A stretch of 63,737 nucleotides of DNA, the filler included, from Folioceros fuciformis (Eukaryota), in the NCBI GenBank assembly GCA_049999805.1. It is 9 parts of 9 records of this genome, joined end to end, with 100 filler letters (N's around TTAATTAATTAA, not from the genome) between each part and the next. Parts side by side here need not be neighbours in the genome. Positions count along the whole stretch, not along the records: positions 6,522 to 13,098 come from JBNGIO010003358.1; positions 13,199 to 14,968 come from JBNGIO010003359.1; positions 15,069 to 23,727 come from JBNGIO010003360.1; positions 23,828 to 33,925 come from JBNGIO010003361.1; 5 more parts are not named here. One strand, written 5' to 3'. The notes beneath the pieces are model-generated. The model ran no database searches and was not told the DNA's origin. It worked only from the letters and a program-made list of their open reading frames with translations. The translations under genes were made by a program, and so were the position numbers. Of this stretch, positions 11,462-24,197 are shown one piece after another (the stretch's first letter is position 1; every line of letters starts with the position of its first letter).

Positions 11462-13198
11462 ATGAGAAGTACAAGTGAAATGGGTTCTTGATCTCAACGA
11501 TAAGAAGTGAATAGTACAACATACATGTACACGTACATGTTGTGTGGTACTGGGCGTCGGGGAGGGATATGCTCGTGAGGATAAGCGTGTGGAATGCAGC
11601 AACTAGTGGGTTGAGCATGTTGCAGAGGATATGCTCTAGGACTACAACAGTTACGTGGTGGCAGGTGGCAGGTGTAGGTGTAGGTGCAAGTATAGGTGCA
11701 GGTGCAAGTGCGTGTCATAGGGCCGTTCCAACTGTTGTTGTACAATGCTTTCTTCCCTTCTGATCGCTTCCCTTCCAGCAACATGTGAAGCGGCAGACTT
11801 TTGCAGTGAAGTGATATACAAAGTACACATACTTTTCTGCACCAACTTCACTGCCTTTGATATTTTTCACCGACCAACCAGAAGATGTACAGCTCATGAA
11901 TGCCTCTGGCTCTCGTTGCTTGTAGTTTGGAAGGACTTGAGGTTGCCAAGTACGTTGATGTTGAATGATTGGGACCAACTTGGGGCCTCAGAATTACGTT
12001 CCATCTCCATCTCTATCTTCCTTTCTCCCTTCTACAATTGCTTGTGGCTTGGAAGGGCTTTAGCTTATCAAGACGTACATTGATATTGAATGATTGGGAG
12101 CAACTTGCAAAGGCCCTAGGAGGACAACGTACAGGGGCCCCATGAGGGAGGACTTGTAGTCAGTGCACGGTTGATTGTAGCTCGAAAGGACTTTATCTCA
12201 CACTTTCGACATATTGGGTGATTGGGACCAATTTAATGCTCTTTCTTTTAAGAGATGTTGGTAGCTTCAAGGAAGTAGTTCACTCTCTCTTAGGTTAAAT
12301 TTGTAGCTTGAAAGGGCACTAGGCTTGAACTCCAACTCATAGCATGAAGCGATGACTCTCTTGTGAGGCTCTCGTGAGGTACCTACCGAGGTAGTATAAC
12401 TTTAGATCTTCTTTGAAATTACCTACTAATTTGTTCATTCATGTTTCAATGGTGTCAAGTTCTATTTATTACATTCTTCAATGAAATATTCAGTTAATGA
12501 ATGATGATGACATAATTAACTAATCACTTATATAACTACTACATGTACTTTTGATAACATAACTATGTATGTACAAAAGCCAAGATATTGTGAAAATGTT
12601 GCTTGGTTTTAAGCCACCTAGAAAGCATGATGGGAGGTCATAAGCTTGGAAACTATTAAATCTTGCATGTAAATTAGTTAAAAAAATGAAAATCCCAATA
12701 TGTGTGCAACAACTGTGCCTTTATTAAAGTGTACGACCGATCAAGATTTAATGTTTTTATTTGAAAGCACATATTCATTGTCTGCTTTACAGAAAAGAGT
12801 GAGAGATAATATTTAAAGAAAAAGATAAAATAATTGTAAAATGCTTAGCGATTGGTGGCAACCATGTGAAAACTAAATGGATATGATATATTATTTGGAG
12901 AATTTTTCGTAGTTCGGAGCAAGGTTGTTGGCTTTTGAACATGTGCGAACATGCATGTTATGGCAGATTAGGGAGGCGTAGGGCCACTTTTTTGTGGTTG
13001 TCAGAAGGTTGGCAGAGCACTATGCCATGCATTTCCATTATTACTTTTTTTGTTTTCGGTAAGAAGAAGAAGAAGACAAGACAAATACAATAGGTATANN
13101 NNNNNNNNNNNNNNNNNNNNNNNNNNNNNNNNNNNNNNNNNNTTAATTAATTAANNNNNNNNNNNNNNNNNNNNNNNNNNNNNNNNNNNNNNNNNNNN

Positions 13199-14968
13199 TG
13201 TCTCTTGCCCCTCTACATCTAATGCACTTGGAACAGAAAGCTATGTAACGTTTTTCACTAGTTTTCTAAAGATCTTCAATGATCTTGGCTAGCTTTGCTT
13301 TGGTATTCTCGTGTAACTACTTATAGGCCTTTCACAATTCAACACTATAGCAAAGGAATTGCAAAATCTTAAGCTCTGAATCATAAGAAGCTAACATCAA
13401 GTCCTTGATGCAGCATACCTTCTAACACTATTTGCCTTCAATCATTTTATTTGTCTAACCTTTTACTTCTAGGTCCTAATATCAGACAATGGCTACCAAA
13501 AGCTCTTTCACATCTCTATTCCCTCTTTACTTCTTTGGGCGGCCTTTTTTTAAGAGTGCAATCAAAGTAGCTCCTTCACCTTCTTTATGGCTTCCTCTGG
13601 CTTTTTATCCATAGACTTGTTAGATCTAATTTCTCAAATAGTTCTAATGACGATAAAGAAACTCGCAATCCTCCGAATTTGTGTTAGTAGCCTCCTTGGT
13701 CCTCTTCAATTTGTTCCTTGTAATCTGCCTAGTAATTCTATTTTCTCCTTTGCAGCAGAAACACCTTCCTCAAACTTGGTTAGGAGAGTTGTTGACTTTA
13801 TGATTTCCTTTGGTTTGACTAAGTTTAGTGTGCCAACATTACTCGCTTTGCTACTCGAATTCTCTTATCTTATATTACTCAAAGAATCTGTTTTGTCTAT
13901 AAACTATCTATTCTCGTGACAAAGCTTTTAGCTCGTGATTGTCCATATCAAACCCTCATACACTTAGACCATTATCTTGTTCGTGACCTCCATCACTCTA
14001 AGGGTCGACCTTCTATAGAATAGGCTAGCAAGGTTTGGAGAATGCAAGGTAATAAGAGAAGCCAACACTACGTGTTGGAGCTAGTTCACCAAAGTGATGC
14101 CCATCCCTAGTAATTCCTCCAAGTCGATGCTTTTTGAGAGGGCTACTTGTCAGGAAATGATCTTGTTTGCTACTGAGAGTACTACATTTACTTGCTTGGT
14201 GGTTTGAGGGGAAGTGGTATGGCGAGAAGTTCTCTCCCCATGTCTTGTGGGGCACTCTATGGGAAAATATAAGATTGTTCCTTGCTTCCCCTAACCCCTA
14301 GGGGCTTATCATGTTCAACCCTNNNNNNNNNNNNNNNNNNNNNNNNNNNNNNNNNNNNNNNNNNNNNNNNNNNNNNNNNNNNNNNNNNNNNNNNNNNNNN
14401 NNNNNNNNNNNNNNNNNNNNNNGGTGCCTTTAGTGCAGGCCTCTTTCCCACGTAGCCATAGGGTAATTATTTTGTTGTCCTCTCCTAACAACTCTTACTA
14501 CATCGAGGTTTTTCAACCTAAGGTGGCTTTATAAGGGTGGTTGCCTTTAGTAGTCTAAATCCTCACTACTAGCCAGTCATTCAATTGGGCATGAGGGTCT
14601 ATCGATGTAAAAGGCAAAATCATAAGGGGTTGTACCTCTTTCCTAAGTGAAACAACTACCTATTTGGTTCTTAGGCACTCGGCCTCCTCCTCCTCCTCCT
14701 CCTCCTCCAATGAAAAGGCCAAGTCACTACATGCTCCTTCTTTCCCTTAAGCAATTGGTTGTAATATAGTTAAATGTGGAGTAGCAAAGACTTCTTTCCC
14801 TTAAGCAATTGGTTGTAATATAGTTAAATGTGGAGTAGCAAAGACGTGAACCTCAAGGGAGGTAGTTGCTCCTTATGCGACTCTACCTAAATCATATGAG
14901 CTATGAATGATGCAAGCCTAGTGTCTCTTGCCCCTCTACATCTAATGCACTTGGAACAGAAAGCTATG
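13199..14968. repeat. Repeat-derived scaffold with identical 47-bp ends and an internal 54-bp tandem duplication (14737-14844)
   Basis: 13199-13245 equals 14922-14968 (TGTCTCTTGCCCCTCTACATCTAATGCACTTGGAACAGAAAGCTATG). No credible intact ORF. Confidence 0.75.
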
Positions 14969-15068
14969 NNNNNNNNNNNNNNNNNNNNNNNNNNNNNNNN
15001 NNNNNNNNNNNNTTAATTAATTAANNNNNNNNNNNNNNNNNNNNNNNNNNNNNNNNNNNNNNNNNNNN

Positions 15069-15560
15069 GCTACATAATCTACTTTAAGCATTGTGTACTT
15101 GTAGCTTGTAAGTATCTCACTCAAAACTACAATGCCATGACATTTGGATCATTTAAAATGCTTTCATATGGATGTCATAAATTTTATGATAAGAGTTCAC
15201 CATTTCATCAACATGAAACAACTAAACATCAAGACATGGAGGTAAAATAAGAACTAGCATAAAAGACAAGAAGGTGAATGTAGCTCTTCAATCCTTATAA
15301 GTAAAGGGTAGATGAAGTTCTTACTTAATCCTATCTAATGAGATGCATTAATACTATGGTAGAGCCAATAAGCATAAGCTGGCATGCATATGTTTTTCCT
15401 TGTCTAGAATTTTAAGAGACTAACAATGTAAGCTTCTATGTATTGATTTGAGGTAGTAGTGGTTCTCCAACATTTGGCTCTTAAGTCATTATATCTCTTG
15501 TTAGGATCTACAATTTATTTGTAGTAATGAACATGATTGTGTTTCATCCATATACTTTCA
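15069..15560 (+). mobile_element. Possible highly decayed Ty3/gypsy RT-RNaseH remnant
   Basis: Weak resemblance to the YxVMPFGL motif (TAC AAT GCC ATG ACA TTT GGA at ~15128) in AT-rich, stop-ridden DNA. Confidence 0.25.
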
Positions 15561-18172
15561 ACTCAGGGAAGATTCTAAATGTTACTGACTATACTACCAT
15601 GGAAGGTATTATCTTGCCCCATGTAAGTGATATGTTAGCTATCGATGATTCTTTCATGTTATGCTAATACTAAACTTAAGAAAGATTCTTTGAATAATGT
15701 TGATTATACATTCACCCAAGGTATGGTGTTGTCCTTCTAATGTTTCCCTCACCCTAATACCACCTTCAACTCAAGGCACATTCTGAATATCAAATTGATA
15801 GTACATCCCTTAAGGTACTATGTAGTCTTGGTTGTCTTCTACAATGTGTTTGTAGACATCAAAATCTTGTCTCCTCCATATCATTCCAACTAAAGGAAGG
15901 TTCCCAATGCTATATACATTGATTGTACATCCTTGGGTTGTGTATTCTTATCATTTCTTTTTGACCCATGTCCCTTCAACTCTATAGTCTCTTATGCTAC
16001 TAACAAATTGGACAATTTCATCCATAAGGATACTCACATTTGGAGTCACTACACCAAAGTCATTGCATAGTTGTAGTTTATTCAAAGATGGTTTAACACG
16101 TATTAATCATATGTTGAATTTGACATACTTGTATGAACTATACTCACTATACAATGCAACAATAAGGATATGATATCATAGTATACATCATGATATCAAC
16201 CTTTCTCTAATTGTGCATCAAGCATATTAAGACACTCAAACCAAACCAAATGGCACCACAAAAGGACCCAAGTTCATAGTCCACCTCTAGAAACACATGA
16301 TCTCCATTATTTTATGCCCATGAGAACAAATCTTTTCACTTTCTTAACGATTGTTTTGCATGTGAATCATAGTTTCATGAATGTTGTGAAGAAATATTCA
16401 TAATGCAAGGTTGCATACAAAAGATCATAATGTAGGATTTGTATTTGTAAGAAGCATTCATGCTTAAGCTAACCCTAAGTATAATGATTTATATTAAGAT
16501 TTCAATCCATGAAATCCCAGCATGTAAGGTACAATGCATGATATTCATATTAGGTGTCCATGACTCCTTTTGAGATAAGAATTAGATCTTAGTAACCTAC
16601 AAAGTTAATGATATCATGAATCTACTAGATTTGAATAGGGCGATCATTTGAGTCTTCTCGCATTGAAATTGCATTCATTAGTCATAATATGGTGTATTGT
16701 TTACTACAATTTCCCTTTGGCAATAGGAATAGATATCTTCTTGAGCTATATATTAATTTGTATCTTTAATTTGTTAAAGATCACTATACACTCCCTGAAA
16801 ATAGAATATCAAAAATTTGCAAGAGACGCAAGATTAGGGAAAGCTCAGGGGATAAGTTAAAAGCTGGTGACGATAGTGCTATGATAAGTAATGAAAGAAG
16901 GGTTTTGAAAACGAATCTTCCCTTCATGGTAAGACTTATAACATGTATTGTCGTGGTGGTACGTAATATTAAAAAAAAAAAAAGGATTTTACTATGGTTT
17001 TTCAAGGATATCACAACAAACAAAGAACCAAACTTGACATAACGTACTAGTATTGGTTGGTCAAGGATCAATAACATCCATCTAAACAGTAAGATTTGTA
17101 GTGTAATATCGCTAATGCTAAAATCTAGATGTAGATCATGTAACATAGAGAAGTAACAACAAGGAACCTAAGAAACTTGAGGAATTAAAACATAAACAAT
17201 GAACATGAAGTGGTAAGCACAGGTAAGAGGTAAGAGGAGACTACAATGAATGCTAGGTCCTTTTTGGTGGTGTGCCTAATGACATAGTGTGTCATTTCGA
17301 AAGATATATGTATCTTTTCACCCTTACCTTAATATTCTTACATGAGAGGTATTGTTATGTTAATACGAAAAAAAATAATTCAAGAAATTTAGAATGCATT
17401 TCTAGATTGATGGTTTTTGAAATTCTATAGAAAAATATTGAATAGCTTATCTTCTTACTCTTGAGAGATATATTCACTTTAATCATATTACAACCCTACC
17501 ATATGTGCTAATGTGAGATCTTATCACATATAGTCATATGTAATATAGTAAATTTTGAAGAGAACTCTTTCTTACCCGTGCACATTTAAAAGTAGAAAAA
17601 ATAATTATTGGACTTAACCTACTTCAAGATATGTTTGTGTGTGAAAAGGTCCATATTTGGATGACAAATATCATTTAAAAAAAAATGAATCAGCAAGGAC
17701 ACTCTTTTGCAATGCATGCTCACATGTCAAAGTNNNNNNNNNNNNNNNNNNNNNNNNNNNNNNNNNNNNNNNNNNNNNNNNNNNNNNNNNNNNNNNNNNN
17801 NNNNNNNNNNNNNNNNNNNNNNNNNNNNNNNNNTTTGGTTTCCCTCTAACCTTTAAATTAATGAGCTTGTGAAAGTTCAAATGTGGCAGCACCTTGAAAT
17901 CTAACTTTGGCAGATTTGAGCTTGCAAATGAAAGAGACCCAACATATTGTGCTGGTAATAGTACACAATTCATAATTTTGTACGCCTAAATTATAAGATT
18001 TATTCTTATTTATTAATTGGGTTACGTTAGCTACAATAAACTCAAAAGTAGGGCATGATACACAACAAATGTTTTCAATCTATGAGGTCCGTCAATTGGG
18101 TGCTACATGATCTAATCAAAACGACTCCAACTCAAGGTTCTCAATGTAAGATAGATGAAATGTGTTCCATGG

Positions 18173-21129
18173 TTAGTCCAACCAAAGATGTGACTTGCTA
18201 GCTCCTTTCCTCTTGGTAAACCTTAAATTTAACTCCTTATTGTATTCTTTCTTCATCTTGTCAAACTTGTTCGCCGACATGTTCAACATGGAGCTTATAA
18301 CAGTTGCACATGAAGCAACTGTGTAAAAGAGCTCACATTGTCCAAGAACCTTGTTGGTGATGATTTCTATGTCTTGGTAGCGCTCAAAACGTCTCATTGT
18401 GCTGGAAATGTCATGGCAAACTGCAGCTATGGTGGAAGCTGCAAAGTGTGTAACACCCAAAGATTTAGTAAGAGCCCAAGCAATCTTTGTCAATTGAACG
18501 TTCTCTTCTCTGAGTTGGTGTACTTACGTCCTACAGTAGCCTTCACAAAAAACATTCGCTCATCTAAGTATCTTGCTAGAGAACTTTCTCCTCCATTGAT
18601 TACATTTTGTGGAATTGTCTCCTCGAAACGTGATGGCCTGGGCAACTGGGCTGGGAAAGATTTTCCTTTCCTACCATTCTTTATGTGGTGTAACAACTCT
18701 TGAATGATCTTCTTAGCAACCTTGTTATCTAAAGCATATTGATCTTTGATTGCCTCAGCCCACTCTAGTCGAGCTCTCACCAGCCCAGCAGCATAAGCAA
18801 AGTAGAGCAACATCTGCTCCACTAGCTTCAAGTAAATTCTTTTATCTAGCAATATGTTTACTAATGTGTGGGCTGAAAACATGAAGTATTGCATCAGCTG
18901 CAATACGTGCTTCACTTTAGGGCTGTCATTCTCCGTGATAGCTAAGCAGGCTATAAGGTTTTCATGTATAAAAGCATCTATATTTTCAAGTACTTCTTCC
19001 ATTGCGTCGTGATTATAATGAACCATATGGTTTCTTGTATTGCATATCTGCCTGACAAAAAATATATCGGCACAATATGTAACATTAGTATAATTTGGCA
19101 CAGTTGAGATTCATGTAACTCACACAACTCCTTTTCCTAAAACTATGCACTTTAAGATGTGAAGAAATGATTTGTAAGTGAACCATGCCATGCCTATTCC
19201 AAGCCATGACTTTAAACATGCTTTTTGTAAACACAAGTATACACACCAGCATAATGAATGAGATATCATGAATGATACATTGTCTGATTCCTTAAGGTTG
19301 GGCTTTTACACTGTCAGCTGCTGCACATAATTCTATAGCGTCTTGTAACACTTTGGGCAAAACCTCAAATTCTGATGGCCTGTGCTTGGCTGCCTTCTTC
19401 ATAACATCACTGAATTCAAGGTTTTGTTCCATCTTCCACCTCCATTTGGAGCTAGTTTGTCCTTCCTTGTAATTTCATTAAGGTGTTAGAGGTAAATCAA
19501 GGTCTATTACACTATTGATCAAAGAGGTGAAAATGCTTAACATCATGCATGGATGCATGGGTATTGATATGGAAAATATACACTCACTGCAAGTCCTATA
19601 AGCAACTAATGGGCACCCTAAACCATATGGAAAAATTTACATGTTGTTGAAGAAGATAATAATGTGCTTGTGAATCAATGATCAGTGCCTTTCTGCGTGT
19701 ACTCTATTTCTACAAGTTTGATTGTGTGACGGACTGGGTTTCATTGCACTCCATAAAGTTGAAATCTGATTGGAAAAACGTACATACCACTAGTGATTTT
19801 GAACTTGGATTATATGAGTACCAAATAATGTTGAGGAGCTCATTGATTAACATCAATCCAATATCTAGTGCAACTCTCCTTCTAGTGTATATTACAGGTC
19901 TTGCATTGGAATCAGCTGTCCATTAACAACAAGACAAGCCAATTGCAATCAAGGCAACAGGAATTGGAAAGCATGGAAGAAAGATTTCAGTTCGGTGGCA
20001 TGCCATTGGGCATAATAAGCGGGGCTTGAAGTTGAGGATTACCTTTGACGAGAGAACGGGGTCTCAGATCAAATCTGGTGAACATAAGGCGAGGCTTCAA
20101 GGATTCATTGTCGACCAGTAGGTCCTCGATGTGGATTTGATGAACAGGTTTGTTCTTAAGTTTTTTGTTGCGGTGCTGTTTCTGTCTGTGTCTGCGTTTG
20201 ATGGCAGGCTTGAGCCAACTAGCACTGGAGGAGTCGGTGTCTGATGACCCGCCACTGGCTGTGGTGCTTGTGCGACCGGCGGACGCCGCAGAGCAGCTGG
20301 CCCATGCCCCGTCCCAGTTACAGGCCAGTGCCAGAGAGTCCTTGGTGCTCCGGGGAGACTCTAGGCTGTTGTGCGGCGACCTGGAGCGCGACCTCGACGG
20401 AGATCGCGACCGGTAGCCGGACGGCGACAACGACCGCCGCCGTCCTCGCCGCTGTCTGTTGTGTCGCCGTTTCCGCCGCCGGACCAGTCGCCGGAGACGG
20501 CGATGTTGGGCAGCCTGGGTCTGGGCCCAGGCCAGATGCCGGCCCAGATTCCGGCGTCGGCGCTGGCAGTTTCGTTTCCTCTTGCGAGCCCTTGCTCTTC
20601 TGGCGGCAAGCTTCGTGCTCCTCCGGCCGCGCCGCCCCGATCCGTCCTTGCCTTGTTTGCTGGCCGCATCTTGTACACCCTTGCTCAAATCGGCGGTGTC
20701 CAGGGCCTGCTTGTTGCCCGATGAATTGGCTGAGCAGGAAGTGGCAGCGTGTACAGCAGCGGCTTGGGAGGACTGCGGGCTAGGACGCTGTGTAGGCGAG
20801 GAGGATCTGCGCTCCCTTCGAGAAGCTTCATTGTCCCCCTCGCCTCGAGCGTCTTCGTCGTCTGACTCCCCTAGCACTGGCTCTACCACGTCCTGTGGAA
20901 TTTCGCTGTATTCTGATCCAATGTGTTCTGAGGCGTACTGTAGTTTAGTAAGTCTGCGCCGCTTTCGACATCCCTGGATTTCCTGCTCTCCGTTTGTTTG
21001 AGGCCTTTCAGACCTCTCAGGTTCGCCGGATCTGCTAGAGCTGGCAAGCCCCTTGCCCCGGCTGCCTCGGTGACAGTTTCTTCTGCCGCAAATCCTGATT
21101 GAGCCAGATCTATCGTCTGCTGATTCCAT
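18173..21129 (-). CDS. Multi-exon gene of unknown function: Arg/Ser-rich N-terminus plus a helical C-terminal region with a HEPN-like RNHMVH motif
   Basis: GT-AG introns 20042-19916 (SLVK/ADSNARP) and 18527-18439 (ATVG/PSTIAA) each join flanking frames exactly. A further GTATGT donor lies at 19787. Middle exons (19100-19710) are not fully resolved. Confidence 0.6.
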
Positions 21130-22367
21130 GATGATGATGTTAAATCACCTCCATCCACCACCTCTGCTTTCAATCTAACCCTGACTTTGGAAACATTGCT
21201 CTTGTTTGCCGGTGTTGTGTCCCGGAATTGTTCAATCTGCTTTGCGAGGCACGCTGTCTGTGATTTCAAGATTTGCGCAGGGAATATTTTGCAGCATCTC
21301 ACGTCAGGAGGTTTGTTCTAGTAATTTATCCTGCAGATGGTGATGAGAGTACCTACTTAAGGCTTGCATGTAATTTGGACATAGGACAGGTATCAGGGTA
21401 TTCAACATGGATTTGAGGTCACACATCACACAGCGGGGGAATGCCAAGCCTGTTATGGTGCACAGGCCATTGGATGCAGCTTCCAATGTTTTCCTTATCA
21501 TTCTGCAAACGTGGTGTACAGACAGAGATGTGGATATTGCGAAGTTCAGTGTTTCCTGCTAGAAAATCCCAAGTACATCAATCAATTCTTGTCACTATAG
21601 AAGCAAGTATTCGTGAGTAATATGAGGTGCAAAGAAGTGATCAACTCAATGGCTGTAGAAATGACATGCCTGAACGCATCCATATGAGAGCTTTCAACTT
21701 CATACCTCTGGCTCGCCTGCATTCCCAGAACAGCAGATGCCAAGCGGCAGCAAATCCGTATATGCCGATTGGAATAGTGTAGGCCCTGTGGAGTTTGAGG
21801 TGAAAATATCGGAGTCCGTCAGATGTAAAAGTTTTCATAGACAACTAACTACTCACTTCCGGAGGCCACAGAATCATCATGTAACACCACAAACTTGTGC
21901 CCACAGGGGATTAGGATAGAGTGCCTGGCCGGGCCGGGCCGGTCCAGAGAAAATTTGAAACTAACAATACGTGCAGGTGTTGTTACATTACTTGCCCGTT
22001 GCATGTTTCTGGTTTGAAAGGTTGGCATGAGGACAGGCGGTACGAGGACCAAGAGGCGTCCTTTCACAGCTGCGAGGACTAGCGCGACCGGCGACAACCG
22101 GTCACCATATCGTGGCTCTGGCGAGGACCAGGTGGCAGGCGGTTCGGCAGTGGCGTCATGCAGCAGTCTGGCGGGATGGGAGCGCGACACACGGGGCTGA
22201 CAGTGCAGTTCAAGGTGATTGGCGTGCGGCCTGCAACTGTGATCTGGCTCAATGCTTCGTCTGTAGCAGTGTAGCACATTGCTTTTAGTTATTGCTTCTG
22301 CGAACCACTGTTCGTTCAGAGGTCCGTCTGGAAAGCTAATGCTTGTTTGTTGTCAAGGCCCGATATC

Positions 22368-23282
22368 ATGTCATTGAATGTTACCAACGATGACGCCAAG
22401 AAAGAAGAGAGGCACAAGTATCATGTGGAGCGGCGGGAAGACGGGCAGCCCTTACCGCTGCATCCCAACTTGGGAATCGAGCACGCCGTGACACAATTCT
22501 CCACCCACAAGCTTGCTGCTGGTGGCCACGGGATTCTGTTTGGCTCCAGAATTCCCTTGCACTTCTTCACAGTCCAGGGTTTCGGTGAGACTGATCAGGG
22601 AGACGGAAACGATCCCTGGGAAACGGGCTCCTACGACCTGGCACTTGAGGACGCCGGTAAGTTGTCATTTCGAATTCCTTGTGGTGGGCTTTTGATTGAT
22701 GGTTTGAATCTATCGTGAGGAATAATGTATGGAATTTCTTTGACGCCCCACAGGCATCCAGGATTTTAACGTGCAGAGCTACAGCTCGGTCATTCCGCCA
22801 GAGGCAACACCCGTGACATATGAACAAGCCAAACCGTTTTTCCGGCACGGAGCAGTCATGGAGGTGATCATGGCGGTAATGCATGGAGTGAAAGGCGATC
22901 GCATTACGGCAGGAGTTGGTCGCATGCAGGTGGTTACCCGGAGGCCACATGACACTGTCCACCAACGGATTCAATGAAAATGAAGGACTAATAATGCCTG
23001 GTTGTTATATTGATGCAGATCAGGAGAAAGTCGGACAGCCAACTCATAGGCGGATATGCAGCCGAGTACAAAGGGCACGCTAACAAGAAACGAGCACGCG
23101 ATATTTTGCAGTTGGACCTGAAGAGCATATTCGCCAGAAGGTTCGACGCAGAGCAATACGAGTACTTTGATGAGGACTACACTGTGCTCGAGCATGAAGT
23201 GGAAAAAGCATTTGGCACAATTCTGGCGTCCATTTGCTTTGTTACTTATGTGGAGCCGGTCTACACCAACGTCCAATTTTGA
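22368..23282 (+). CDS. Pyruvoyl-dependent arginine decarboxylase proenzyme (PvlArgDC, AaxB/PdaD family); exons 22368-22656, 22754-22929, 23019-23282 give 242 aa; possible extra in-frame 5' exon 22158-22214 spliced to 22320
   Basis: Spliced protein contains FGSRIP..FFTVQGFGETDQG...DPWETGSYDLALEDAGIQDFNVQSYS/SVIPPEA, FRHGAVMEVIMA, IGGYAAEY and KAFGTILASICFVTY, collinear with recalled chlamydial AaxB motifs. Both introns are GT-AG and frame-preserving. Confidence 0.88.
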
Positions 23283-24150
23283 TGTGGAGGAGGAATTTGT
23301 CACTACCACAATTTGACGTTTATTTCCCTTTTGTCCTAATTGGAGCCCTTCTACTCCAACTTGGGGTCACTTTTGATGTTTCAGGCCTCCTGGCTTGTGG
23401 ATATACAACTTGTCCATACTTGGACAAATAGTTCAATGCACCAAGTTAACTTTGGGAATATAAGCGTTGGCTATTTATGCACATCTATATATAATATTGC
23501 GTTTTCATGGCTTGGAATTCATCTCTTATTTTGGATCATATATAAATTTATAAAATAAAAAAAATACATAAAAATGTCAGAAAATAGTGTCCCTACATCA
23601 TGTTTTTATCTTTAATATATGATTTATGAAAAATCTACTTTTTTTAAAAAGTAGAATTTTTTAGATATAATTATTTTTAATAATTATAGATTTTCAAGTT
23701 TTGTCAATATTGCACACACCATTAATANNNNNNNNNNNNNNNNNNNNNNNNNNNNNNNNNNNNNNNNNNNNTTAATTAATTAANNNNNNNNNNNNNNNNN
23801 NNNNNNNNNNNNNNNNNNNNNNNNNNNCACCCGCCCTAATCTGTAACGTTGCCTGCCTGCCCTAGCTCTAGACTAGCCCAGGCAGGCAGCAAAGCACTTC
23901 TCAAGAGAGATGAGGGTCGTACGGTGTAGCAGCGTGACGTTGACACTGGTCACCGGAAGGGCCGCCGGTGACCTCTGTGTCCGCTTTGGTTGCGGGACGA
24001 GCCGGGCCGGGACGGGCCGGGCCGTGGGGTTCGAACCCGCGTGCCTCGGGATGCCCTGCACTGCCTCGCCCTACCTCCTGCTCCCTGCCGCTGCTCGTGG
24101 CCTTGTCCGGACCCGGACGCGTTTCGCCTGCGGCTTTCGCCACCGCCGCA

Positions 24151-24197
24151 GCCTTGCCTTGCCTTGCCTTGCCTGCCTTGCCTTGCCTTGCCTTGCC
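24151..24197. repeat. (CCTTG)n pentanucleotide microsatellite in a GC-rich, promoter-like region; (CA)-rich tract at ~25130-25190
   Basis: Directly visible. Confidence 0.85.
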
